A stretch of DNA of 64,000 nt, from NCBI GenBank assembly GCA_002633005.1, contig NMRA01000183.1:76426-140425 (forward strand), read 5' to 3'. The notes under the pieces were generated by a model that did not search any database, was not told the origin of the DNA, and saw only the letters and a program-made list of their open reading frames with translations. This DNA comes from Phoronis australis (Eukaryota; Animalia; Phoronida). The position numbers and the translations under genes were made by a program. Positions within the stretch are counted from its first letter, which is position 1. Each line of letters begins with the position of its first letter. Positions 1-12,100 of this stretch are shown here, one piece after another.

Positions 1-2730
1 TACTTTCCACCCAGACGAAAAATACTTTCTACTTGGGTAAAAGTTAGATGCAGAAAATCGTAAACAAGGATTTCTGAAGTGCAAGTTTAAATCCAGTCAG
101 TTATAATTTCTAACAAATTATACTTCGGGAACGAATTGGAATTCACCGTAACACGAATGTTCTAAAAGAGTCTTGGGGGAGTCCTTCTAAATCCCCCTTG
201 GGTTGTCTCGCTTTCCGTAGGCTCCAGGGAGCATATATCTGCGCGAGAGCCAAGAAATTATATGTAGTGTATTGCGGATTTCTTAAGCTTTTCAACTATT
301 TGATGAGGTATGTTCTTTGCTTTTCATTTATGTAGTACTGTAAAGCAGCCCTTCATTAGCCCCCCCCCCCTGGGTTGAAAACAACCGTACTATATGTTCG
401 ACAGCTTGGTAGTCGCACATATTCTTTGTAGATTAGTTCGTTCCCATATTCCAACCGACATTACAAACAAGCTATATGTCGAAAGCACATGTCTCATCCT
501 CGGGTATATGGTAAAATGAACATGGTGGAAGGGAAATAAAAAGTGTAATGAATCGTGACAGCAGGTAAGCAAAGGCATACAAGTACAGAATGTGAGTGTA
601 ACATACGGTAGGAAGTATAACGGAACAGAACCAGCGTGTGGTAAACACTTACGACTTGCTCACTTAGGCTAGCTCAGACTTTTTCATAGATGATTAACAG
701 AGGCTTCAAAATGTTTGACAGAACTGGGACATTTTCTATATAACGTATAGTGGTTACATCGACAATTGTTTTCCAATTTTCGGCCATGTTGGTGTAGAAA
801 ATGGTACTGCTTTATTGATTGCACAAACCCCGCAAAGGAAAGATTGCGACCAGTACGTAAGTGGCCAGATGTAACGTTGAATTCAAATGTCATACGTATA
901 GAGGAATGAGCTGGTCTGATTACATGTATGTTCCCATTTATGCGTATTGACTGTGCAGCGTAACTCGGCGGGAAAACCACTTTTTTACGTGCATAATCTT
1001 CAGCTACCTCTTCTTGAGAAAAGAGCTTTTTGGAAAAGTGAAATTTGATGAAAAACTGGGTTTCCTAATCCTTCCACCATCAATGTAGTAAGCGGTGCAA
1101 ATAATATTGCGAATGTATCGAAGCCTCACTGCTTTAGTTCTGTTCCTAGTTTCAATTTTTGGTCTTTTTATTGTGATGATTGTTTTGCCAATGATATTAA
1201 AGTATTAAAACAGGAAGTGGCTCATGTTGTCAGTCAATTGGATAAAAATAAATCTTATGTCATAAAAGATGGTATTTAGGCTATAATGACTATTTGATAT
1301 TTGCTTCTCCTGTCGTAAATGATTTAAATTATTGAGCTATTGCTTTACAACTTTTTTCGTTCATTGTTTATGTTGTGACACCTTATTTATCCTCTTATAG
1401 TCGGTACAATCCGAACTACCGGCGTCGTTAATTGTGACACAGCTTGGTTTGAACTATGGTGATATTCCTTCCGCTGCCCATAGTCATGTATAGTTTGTTC
1501 AACAAATGGCCAACTTTGGCACATCTCAGAACTGGCTCATTGGATTTACATGACATTTTCACATAACATGCATACGCTGTAAGTAATATTGTTTTTAACT
1601 TGCCGCGTTCCATTTAGGGCAATCAAAATATAAGTCACTTTGCGATTAAGAAAAAGAAAAAAAAAACAAAAACAAAAGTAGCATAAAACGAAAAACAAAA
1701 TGGTAATTAGGAAAACTGCCAACAACTATTTTTGAGATTTCATCATGATCGAACATAGGCTATATACCGAAGGACATGTGGTTTAATTGAGTTAGGATAT
1801 GCCTGTCTTAAATTTTACTGAAAAGGGACACGGCCACGTGATCCAAATAATAGCAGATTAAAATGAAGTCAAAGATCTAATTCTACAGGACTTATACTTA
1901 CACAAATATGTACTTATACTTTGTAGGTACTTGGCTAATTAGCACCGACAACTGAGTTGATAAGCTAGGTCCTACAAAACGTTCAGTGACTCGAAGTCTG
2001 GGTTCGAGCGTCAAGTTGAACTCTGAGCTGTTGGCTGTTGATTTTGCGTTTCACATCACAATGCATTCAAAAGTTCTCTGACTCTTGTTATCTAAATTGA
2101 CAAGTACAAATTCTTGACTGTGTTTTGGGCCATCTATGACTTCCAGTGTAGTCAGGCTATTTTACGGTTGCTTAGATGTCGCGAGTTGATACTGTGTTAG
2201 TAAATTTTTCTCAATGCATCTGCCAGTGCTTTGGTTGATTTTTTATTACATACTTGATCATGCCCCTCTTTCGGACATTTAGATAATGTAATTTACTTTT
2301 TGTATCATATTTTTATTCTTGATCGCAACGTTACTACTGAGGCCTATATAGTCTTTTGTATTAGTGTTGTGAAACGCCGACATCCGGTTGTGACGACACG
2401 TACAGCCAGATAAAGCCTCTCTAAGTCGCTTGGCAAGCGGCAAATGCCTCTTGGCTGAACGGTTTAGACACTTGGCAATCGCCTCGTGCAACGTAGGTTC
2501 AGTGAAGTCCCGGAGTCACTGAAATTTTCTACACTAGCCTGAGTTAATAAGCCTATAGCCCTACCTAGGTATGCCTTGCATGGACATGGACAGTAATGTT
2601 TGCAAGTGAGTTTATTGTATTCGTCGTCGTTCACGTGAACAACTTTACGCACGTGGTGTGCTCTCTGTACAGACTGACGATTGTACTGGTGGTAAACTCG
2701 CTTGCAACTGAACGGACGGGGGCTAATCCT

Positions 2731-2888
2731 CAGGTGCGGATGCAAGATTTTGAGTTAGGGGCGGTCAGGGTAGAGTATAAGCCAGGATTTTACCCGTCAG
2801 ACATTCGCAACCCCGAACTGCCAAGTGGAATCTGGTAGAATTTTAGGAGGGTCATAGCCCCCTTGTCCACCCTGTAAATCAGCCACTT
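2731..2888. mobile_element. hAT-like MITE with 5-bp TSD (family also at 6004, 37297, 45543)
   Basis: CAGGTGCGGA...TCAGCCACTT termini, TSD ATCCT at 2726-2730 and 2889-2893; internal similarity to the other copies. Confidence 0.7.
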
Positions 2889-2899
2889 ATCCTGACCAT

Positions 2900-3128
2900 G
2901 GGCCAATCCGGATTCTCGCCCGTTCATTGTACACCTTTATCATGTTTACGTCACAAAGCATGGAGTTTCCTTTATTTGACCTATTTTACGTGTTCCACGA
3001 TTAACCAATCAAGTCAAGCAATACGTCAAAAGGAATTTCTGACTAGTATCTTATGGCAATTGTGATTGGCCAGTTCTATTCCCGCCTGCCATTTACCGCC
3101 ATTTTGAACATAAGTGGTGATTTTCAGC
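2900..3128 (+). promoter_or_regulatory. DEK proximal promoter (CCAAT boxes, E2F-like, YY1 and CHR-like motifs)
   Basis: CCAAT at 2903 and 3005, inverted ATTGG at 3065, TTCCCGCC at 3079-3086, CCGCCATTTT at 3096-3105 overlapping TTTGAA at 3103-3108, all immediately upstream of the ATG at 3129. Confidence 0.6.
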
Positions 3129-3161
3129 ATGTCAGACACTGAGAAAGAGTCGGTTTCTGAG
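3129..3161 (+). CDS. DEK: DEK coding exon 1 (MSDTEKESVSE)
   Basis: ATG just downstream of the promoter motif cluster; GAG|GTCAGT donor; phase 0 matches exon 2. Confidence 0.7.
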
Positions 3162-6100
3162 GTCAGTAAAATACTGGATTTACTAATGCTTAATTTTAAC
3201 AAAAGTATTGATAGCTTAGATTTTAAATACGTTTCTCCATATGCAATCAATGAGCGATTTCTTACCACAGTTGTGGCGGAAATCGGCGTGTTGCTCATTT
3301 TTCAGAAGCCGGCACATTTTGCGTATTTCCGTAGATATTTACGAATCCATACACTCTGCGTCATATACACTGAAGCACAAGCCCCATTGTCTGGATATCG
3401 TCGTAGTTGACATAGCTTACTGGGTGACTTATCTAAGGTTTATTCTTTGAAATTTATACTCCAGGCTTCTTCAAAGAGGCTGTATCTCTCAAGTAAGCTT
3501 AAAAAACTACCGCTAGGTGGCGATGCCCGACGTGGCGTTTAGTTGCCGTGTTCACGCCAACACAGTGTACGCATTTTTGTGCTGTCTCTGCTTAGCGCCT
3601 GAACAGCGCTTGATAGCAATTCGGAGTTTTATTCGAATTGTTGAAATATAGGCAAACATGTTTGTAGTAAATGTCGACGTCAGTTACTGTCTGATTGATA
3701 TGGCCACATAAAAATAAACGTGATTATTTTCTAGTGGCTAGTGTTCATTTTGGAAGGAAATTGGACGGGGGGGGATGTTATTATGACCTTAAAAGTTTGG
3801 GCAGAGGAGAGGTTCCCCTACACCCGAGTTACTGTCTGTGTATGCCGACCGCATAGGCATTTAAATGATGTTGACCTTAATTAATCAAAATTGTGCTGGG
3901 GTACGCCGGCCACATGACCAAGAATTTTAGGTCTGAAAGGTTAACATAACTTGTGACTTGCAAAGTAAAGCAGAATTGTGCAGAATAGTAAATATAAAAC
4001 TCGTTAAGTAGTAAATTGACATTTGGTTTCTTTCTGCCGCCGCTGAATTGCAAACACGTCTCAGTCTCTCAATAGCTTATTCAGGGCCCCCAATCCCTTG
4101 ATTTTGGGGCCGAATATTGACCCTATTCCCCTCCGAAAAACATTGAAGAATCACGCGAAATTCCACAATGAGGCTCAAAAATTCTCCTCAAGTGATTGAG
4201 AAATTATCCTTGAGGTTCGAATAATTAACTCACTCGGGTAACAATTTGATAGAGCGCAAAACGTTACTCTTTGCTACTGAGGCAGACTGAGCCTATGAGG
4301 ACTTGCAAAAGAGTGGGTTGCGATGCTATTGATGGGTTAGAATTCTCCCCTCATCCAAAAATTCCCCTCTCCGAAGGCTCAGACATCTTTTCTATCGAAT
4401 GATCGAGGGCCATGTCTTCACACTTGTAACATTTAGCAAGCTGCTTAGGTATGGCATGTGACGTATTTTGATTCAAAATTAGATAAACTTCCTCGCATGG
4501 TCTCCTTGAATAGAAAACCTGCCAATTTCAAGTCTAAAACAATCTTTGGCACGACAAATTGCGCGCTGAAAATTGGTAAAGTTGGTAATGAATTAGGAGA
4601 GATTCACGTAATGTGGTCATAATATTGCATGTTTAAGACAGCTCAATTCAGTTCAGTTTTATCCCCCTCGTAATTTAATACCATCGCACCGGCTCACACC
4701 ACGTCACAAGTCCAAAAAGGGAGACTGGGTTGCGTTTTCCGCCGAAATAGTCTTTTATTAGTAGTTTTGACATTGTTCCTTGCAGATGACAAGTGGCAGC
4801 TTGTACACGAGATCTTGCTATGAAGCAAGAAATTTCCATTACCAAGAGCGTTACCTCCCCCTACACAGTTGAACATTTTGTTGCGGTAAAAGAGTGATAT
4901 CAGGGGGGCAGACATGAAATGGAACATTCGCTTGATATTTTTAGGCTAGGACTCCTAATCGAAGTAAGAATGTCGGTGGCGCGCCTTGTTTCGAGCTGGC
5001 TGTGGGTTGACACAAAGAAATTAATTTTTATTGTTAAGTAGCAAAAGCTTGCGCCAAGTTGACGAATGAACTTTGTTCTACCATTGCCAGTGCTGCTCAG
5101 AATTCGCCAATGGTGAGTTGGTTAGCGCGAGCCTAGCCTTAAATGTTTAGCGCGAATATAGAATAGGGGGAATCCCTGCACAATTTCTTAGATCAACATC
5201 AACGAAGTGCCCATGTGGCTAACCTTCCACCGCCGTTACCCAGGGATAGGGGTACTCCTGCGCAATATTTTTAAGGTCAACATCATTTAAATGCTCTTGT
5301 GGACAGCATACACATGCAGTAAGTCAGTATAGTTGGAACCCTGCGCAAACTTTTTAAATCGTAATGAAACCCATGTTGGTTGACATCCCCACCAACTTAT
5401 TAGGTTGCTATATGACCTTGGAAGGTTGATCATTTGTTTTTTTTTTTGAGGCAAAAGTCTTTTATCATAGTACATTCATGAAAAGAGCCTGTTCATTACT
5501 TGAAAAATAACAAGTTTGGTCCATGTAATTGTGTTTTTATCAATTGCGGGGGTTGGGAAAAGGTGAAGTATTTGGCAATTATTTTTGTGAAAATGGCTAA
5601 ATGTATTCAGATGTTTTAGCCATTTTGGCGAATACTTTTAAATGTCTAGGTTGAGTCTAGAAGAGGATTGGAAGTCCACGCAAAGAATTTCTAGAATCAA
5701 GTCCCATACACTCCACACTCGAATTGCACGCCAAACATTAACCCGCAGGTGTTGGAATTGTGATTGTGTGAACCCATTTATCTTAAGAAGTAATATGGCA
5801 AATCAGGGCTCAACATTAACTTTTTAAGCCACTTGACCTTTGGGCAAGTAGTTGAAATTTTTACTTTCCCGAACAACAAATTCACTTGCACCAAGTACAA
5901 TCCCAAATAGCACCGTGTATGTGCACACCTAGGTAATGTGTTACCGTAGGGCTGCCTGTGCTGAGCCTCCTCTTGTGTCGTGCATGCTATATACATGAGT
6001 TGCCAGTTGCGGATTTAGGGGGGGGCAAGGCTCCCCCTAAAATTCTACCAGATACCATTTGGGAGTTCGCGTGCGCGCAAACAGGGGCTCATCGCATAGG

Positions 6101-9100
6101 CCCTGAACAAACTAAACAAACCCCGTTTACCTTTTTTTTCTTAGTCAACAGGTCCTCATTCAAGGCCTTTGCATCCCCACAATTTAGCCTGGGCGCGCGC
6201 ATCTGCCGAAATTCTGGTTACTCCGTGCCCTGGCCCCCCAAAAACTCAAAATCCGTATAGAACATTTATTTATAAGGTGTGTCAAAACACTAGAGAGACA
6301 AATTAGAAGAGTAACTATGGTATCTGAACCATTGTCTCGCGTTCACAGGCGCCGAAATGAACTAGGACATGAACTCTAGACACTTCTGTACATTCATGAG
6401 TTTATAGGCCTACGCCCTCATGCATTAAACTTGAGTTGTTGCTTAACCTGAATTTGAAGTTTTTGGTATCCGTAAAAATCTTGCATAGTTTTGGTCATCG
6501 GTACCTTGTTTTAAATTAAAATCAAATTTTAACTTATAATAATGCCACATATACTTTTATTTTCAATAAATAATTACATTTTTGAAAAATAGACTGCGAA
6601 AAAGTCACCCTTCAGAGGGACAATCCTGAAGACCGTATTCCTCCGGGAGCCGGGAATTCATAAGAATTTCCTTTGAAATTCCCCCTGAATAAATGTCAGG
6701 CCTTTAAAACTGTAGTGTAGTGTAGAAAATATGTGGTCAATCATTCACTTTTTAGCTTTTGCGCTTATCTGTATGACTTACATCCGCCGACGAACGCGGT
6801 GCTTCCAGCTGTACATGGGTTAACGCTGGCAAAAATCACACGTCATCCCTTGTTCACTGTCTCGCAGGCCAAGAAACCTAATTTCCCACGACAAAACCCA
6901 TCCCCGCACTCTTTTCGTTTCATATTGTTGCTTTGATTCGTCCTGAACTCGTTTTTAGCAACTAAACCAATGCCATCCAGGCCTGGACGGCTTCCACGTT
7001 TAGACGTTTTGTCAGAGTGCAGACGATCAGTAGTATCGTTTGACAACTTATTCAGAAACTGCAGGGCACGTTCAGAGAATCGAAAGAATTTGACCGCGGG
7101 CGTCATTTGTGCACGCTGCATCACACTCGTCCTATTTTAATTTCGGTGCTCATTCGAAGACGAGAGATTCTTTGACGGCCACAGGGGGTTTTTCGACAAT
7201 TTTTAGGCTTGTGTCGGGGCTCGTTACTTTGGAGCAAATGTCGAGCAGACAATCTTAGGATCTACTTGCTTATGCGGCCAGCTTTTTAACTTGCCCATCG
7301 GGCAAGTACTTTTCAAATTCCACTTGCCGGATGCAAAATCTACATGTACACGGGCAATTGGGCACATGTTAGTGTTGAGCCCTGCGAATATAACTGCACT
7401 CAAATTTAGCCCTTTGAAAGAGCTTATCACTCAAAAATACGATTTTGCTTGTCACTCTGTCATTTGCATTTTTCAGCTTTCCGATGAACTCATGAGTTAA
7501 AACATTTGATTTGCTAAGGAAATTGATTTGGTTTTTACTAACACTGATCAAGAAGTTTCCTCCCTACTTTTTTAAATTTTTGAAATCCATAGGTCGGTTC
7601 TAGAGTTTTTTTACAATTCGAGAGCCTCAAAAATGTCCTGTTTTCGGCAAACGAGCTCTCGAAATTTTCTCTGCGAATTTGTTGGCCATATAGCGCTTAC
7701 CTAAGCAAATAACAGATAATCAGAGAATCTTTTGTTTGTGCAAGTGCCATGGCCGGGCCTTAAGTTACTGTCTTTTGTCGATCATCCCCGACTTCTGTCT
7801 TTTGATTTCCTGTTGTAGTTTTAGCACGTGGTCGAATGTCTGGAGATGGTTGCAGGTTGCAGATGTACTGAGATGTTGTGCTTGGAAATAAATATTGTTA
7901 ATTTATAATTTTCTAAAGTCTTCACCAATTTTGAACCGAATTATTGTTGATTTCTTGTTTGTCTGACTTCTTCTGACTTCGTTGTAACCTGGCGACTTCG
8001 TGGCGTTTCGAAATTTTCACCATGTCTCAAAGCAAGATTGAGGTCGCATTGGCAAACTGCAGTTTATCAAATCGAGTCCTGTGTTAATTTGGTATTTTTG
8101 TTTCACAAATGTTGAAAATGTATATATAAATTTGGCTGTGTTCAAATGACAAGTTGTGCCTTATTATAATCACTAGTGTGACAAGATATGTTGAATAATG
8201 ACCAACTGTCATTGAAGGCTCCTAAGGAAGACGTCCTTGTTAAAGTAGAGACATCTGGTGGAGGCGATATTAAACAGGAGGCGGCTGAGAACAGAATGTT
8301 ACCAGACCCTAGCCCAGTGAAATTTAGCCCCAAAAAGAGCTCCCCCAAGAAGTCTCCTATGAAGGTTAAAAAAGAGGAGGAAGAAGACAAAGATTATGAG
8401 TCGGAGGGGGAGGAGTACCGTAAGTAGTAGCAATATAATTATTTCTGGTTAATCTTCTGGTATACCGTCTCTTTATCAACTGCATCTTATGCGTCTTAAC
8501 ACATTTACGGTAATTTTCAAACTGAACTGTTCCAAACGTCTTGCTAGAATTGCTTGGAAGTTGAGTTTTGACGAACATAAGTCAGAGTTTAATTGTATGT
8601 TATATAGCCCAGCAGCTAATAACTGTTTATTTGTAAATGGAGTTGTGACAACGTGCATGAACTATTACCCGTCGAGTTTGCCAAGAGTTGCCCAAATTGA
8701 AATATGTTCTAGTACAAAAGAAATGGGTTATTTATTTCCATTAAAATCAAAACACCAATTTAGGATACAATATGGTGGACAGGTGAAGTTTTATTTTCTC
8801 ATTTTGATGCGCCCACATATTTATATGTGGATGCATTATGCTATCATCCCCGTCCGTCCACCATCCGTCTGGCATCCTCTGCTCTATCTCCAAAACCCTT
8901 TGACGTATGTTCATAAAATTTTGCATGTGTTCCTTTCATGGATGGGAGGGCATGAGCAAACTTTCGGAGGGATCTGACTACCGATGTGCCCCTTGTGGCA
9001 ATTTTAATTTTTGCGTTTACCTCTGTATCTTCTACGGATTTTCACAAAATTTGTCATATAGGCATCTGTTATGGAGATGACGCTATCCTCTCATTTTCGG

Positions 9101-12100
9101 ATGGATTCAATTTCAAGGTACTTTGCGCTACCTAGTGGCCATTTTTGCTGTTTTCAAGTCTGTTTTTTGGCGTCCGCCCCTCTATCAACCAAACTGCTCT
9201 AAGGTTGATTTTGAAATTTGGCATGTATGTTCTCACGAGAAAAGGATGGCTGATGATTATTTTCCGACCACTTTGACTACTGTGGCACCTCCTCGTGGCA
9301 ATTTTGTTTTTTTNGAGGCGATATTAAACAGGAGGCGGCTGAGAACAGAATGTCACCAGACCCTAGCCCAGTGAAATTTAGCCCCAAAAAGAGCTCCCCC
9401 AAGAAGTCTCCTATGAAGGTTAAAAAAGAGGAGGAAGAAGACAAAGATTATGAGTCGGAGGGGGAGGAGTACCGTAAGTAGTAGCCATATAATTATTTTT
9501 GGTTAATCTTCTGGTATACCGTCTCTTTATCAACTGCATCTTATGCGTCTTAACATATTTACGGTAATTTTCAAACTGAACTGTTCCAAACTTGCACAAA
9601 CGTCTTGCGAGAATTGCTTGGAAGTTGAGTTTTGAAGAACATAAGTCAGAGTTTAATTGTATGTTATATAGCCTAGTAGCTAATAACTGTTTAGTTGTAA
9701 ATGGAGTTGTGACAGCGTGCATGAACTATTACCCGTCGAGTTTGCCAAGAGTTGCCCAAATTGAAATATGTTCTAGTACAAAAGAAATGGGTTATTTATT
9801 TCCATTAAAATCAAAATCACCAATTTAGGATACAATATGGTGGACAGGTGAAGTTTTATTTTCTCATTTTGATGCGCCCACATATTTATATGTGGATGCA
9901 TTATGCTATCATCCCTGTCCGTCCACCATCCGTCTGGCATCCTCTGCTCTATCTCCAAAACCCTTTGACGTATGTTCATAAAATTTTGCATGTGTTCCTT
10001 TCATGGATGGGAGGGCATGAGCAAACTTTTGGAGGGATCCGACTACCGATGTGCCCCTTGTGGCAATTTTAATTTTTGCGTTTACCTCTGTATCTTCTAC
10101 GGATTTTCACAAAATTTGTCATATAGGCATCTATTATGGAGATGACGCTATCCTCTCATTTTCGGATGGATTCAAGGTACTTTGCGCCACCTAGTAGCCA
10201 TTTTTGCTGTTTTCAAGTCTGTTTTTTGGCGTCCGCCCCTCTATCAACCAAACTGCTCTAAGGATGATTTTGAAATTTGGCATGTATGTTCTCACTAGAA
10301 AAGGATGGCTGATGATTATTTTCCGACCACTTTGACTACTGTGACACCTAGTGGCAATTTTGTTTTTTTTCGCCCATGGCTGTATCTCCTAAACCCTCTG
10401 CAAGATCTATTATACTAAATTTAGTAAGTGTATTTATATGAAGTTCACAACAAACGACGATGACTTTCAGACGGATCTGACTACTGGTGTGCTGGGCGTC
10501 AAGTTTCCTATTTTTTCCTATTCATATTTTGTTGAGAGACTCCATTTTCTCCTACTTTTCTGTGAAATTCCTATTTTTTCCTACTTTTCACTCATGGTGA
10601 GTCCAAATAAAAGGCCAACAATAAACCATTGTTTCTCGTAGCTGACATTTAGTTCATTTAACTGTTGGGCTTAAAGTAATAGATGCTACAGGGTTAGGTG
10701 AACTTGTTTCTTTGAACTTCAAATACGTTACAACTGGGGGATCTAGTTGTGTTTGTGCACTCTTGAAAATGTGAGGTACTAAAGCAATTACCAATGTCCC
10801 CTCCCCTCTCATGCAAATTGCTATATATGTACAGACAACACTTCATTGTGGTGAAAATACTTGTAATAATTGTAAGTATTTCAATAACAATGAAACGAAA
10901 GTTAATTAAAATGATAAACAGACAAGGAACTGGTCATGAGTGAGACTACATGAAGGGAGCTAGAGAAACTACTGAGATGAAGAAGTCCTCCATATGCGCT
11001 CTTTCATCATTGTTTCCATACAGTGCTAGGGTGAGTAAAGCAAAATGCAGATTTCATCAGAAACACTTGAAAAGAGTCTTAAGTGGTAGCTTAAGACATG
11101 CCATTTAAACAACTTTTTGAATTTTTGAAATCTGTTGGGCAGTTCTTAAGTTATTTAAAAATTTAGAGTCTCAAAAATGGCCTTTTTTGGCCAACAGCTC
11201 TGTCCCAGAAATTTCAAGTCACAGAAAATAGGTTAACAACATGGCATCGACTCCAAACCACAAGCTATTATATTTTGCTCAATCATGAACATAAACAATT
11301 GAAAAATTCACCATCGACAGGACATTTTTTCCTGAAGTTAAGTTGAAAAGGGATGTTTTGAAAAAAGAGCAACTTATTACTTTAAAAATGCAGAACTCTT
11401 CAAGAATTACTATGGTTTAGTGGATATGTTTCTTTTGTTCCAAAATATTTTAAAAGAATTCTAAAAATTAAATTTGCATAAAATTGAATTCACAAGTAGC
11501 AAAAACCAGAAATCTAGTCTTCTGAGTATTTTGCCATTTATTTGAAATTCTGGGAGGTTATGTGAATTATTCTTTTTGCCCATATAAGATCAATGTTTTT
11601 GCAATCTTAAGTTGCACACCTTATGGTGAAAAATGATGATGTGCCTTTTTTAATTAAAGCAAACTGAATTGGACCCTAAAATATCTAGAATTTCAAAAAT
11701 ATTCTGTACTATTTAAATGAAAATATTTCACCAATTTGGCTACTTTTTGTAATTTAGAGAAGTTTTGACTGGTTCTGTTTAATACATTTGACCAATAAGG
11801 TTTGAGTTCAATTTGAACCCTGGAAAGGTCAACATGGTTCTTGAAAAATGACGGAGTATAGCATTTGGAAATGTTCCTAAACAGAAATGGTGAGATAAAG
11901 TGAAAAAAATGATGAATGGATTAGGAGGTGATTGGTGATTACGACGTTAAGTGTACACTTTCAGAAATTTTCTAGGTGAGAGTGGCGATGCAGTAAATTA
12001 AAAAAGTATGTTTTCTCATATTTTTATAAGAAACGTGTACACTCAGGGTTGAAAGCAGAATTTTTTAGTAAACAGTTTGACATACCAGTAAATATTAAAA

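Noticed and set aside
1960-2035. Possible tRNA-derived SINE head (GGTTCGAG B-box-like)
   Set aside because: No convincing cloverleaf and no second copy in the window.
8489-8977. 162-aa ORF and its copies near 9592-10072
   Set aside because: Intronic and HINE-derived sequence; frame broken in the duplicate copy; no recognisable domain.
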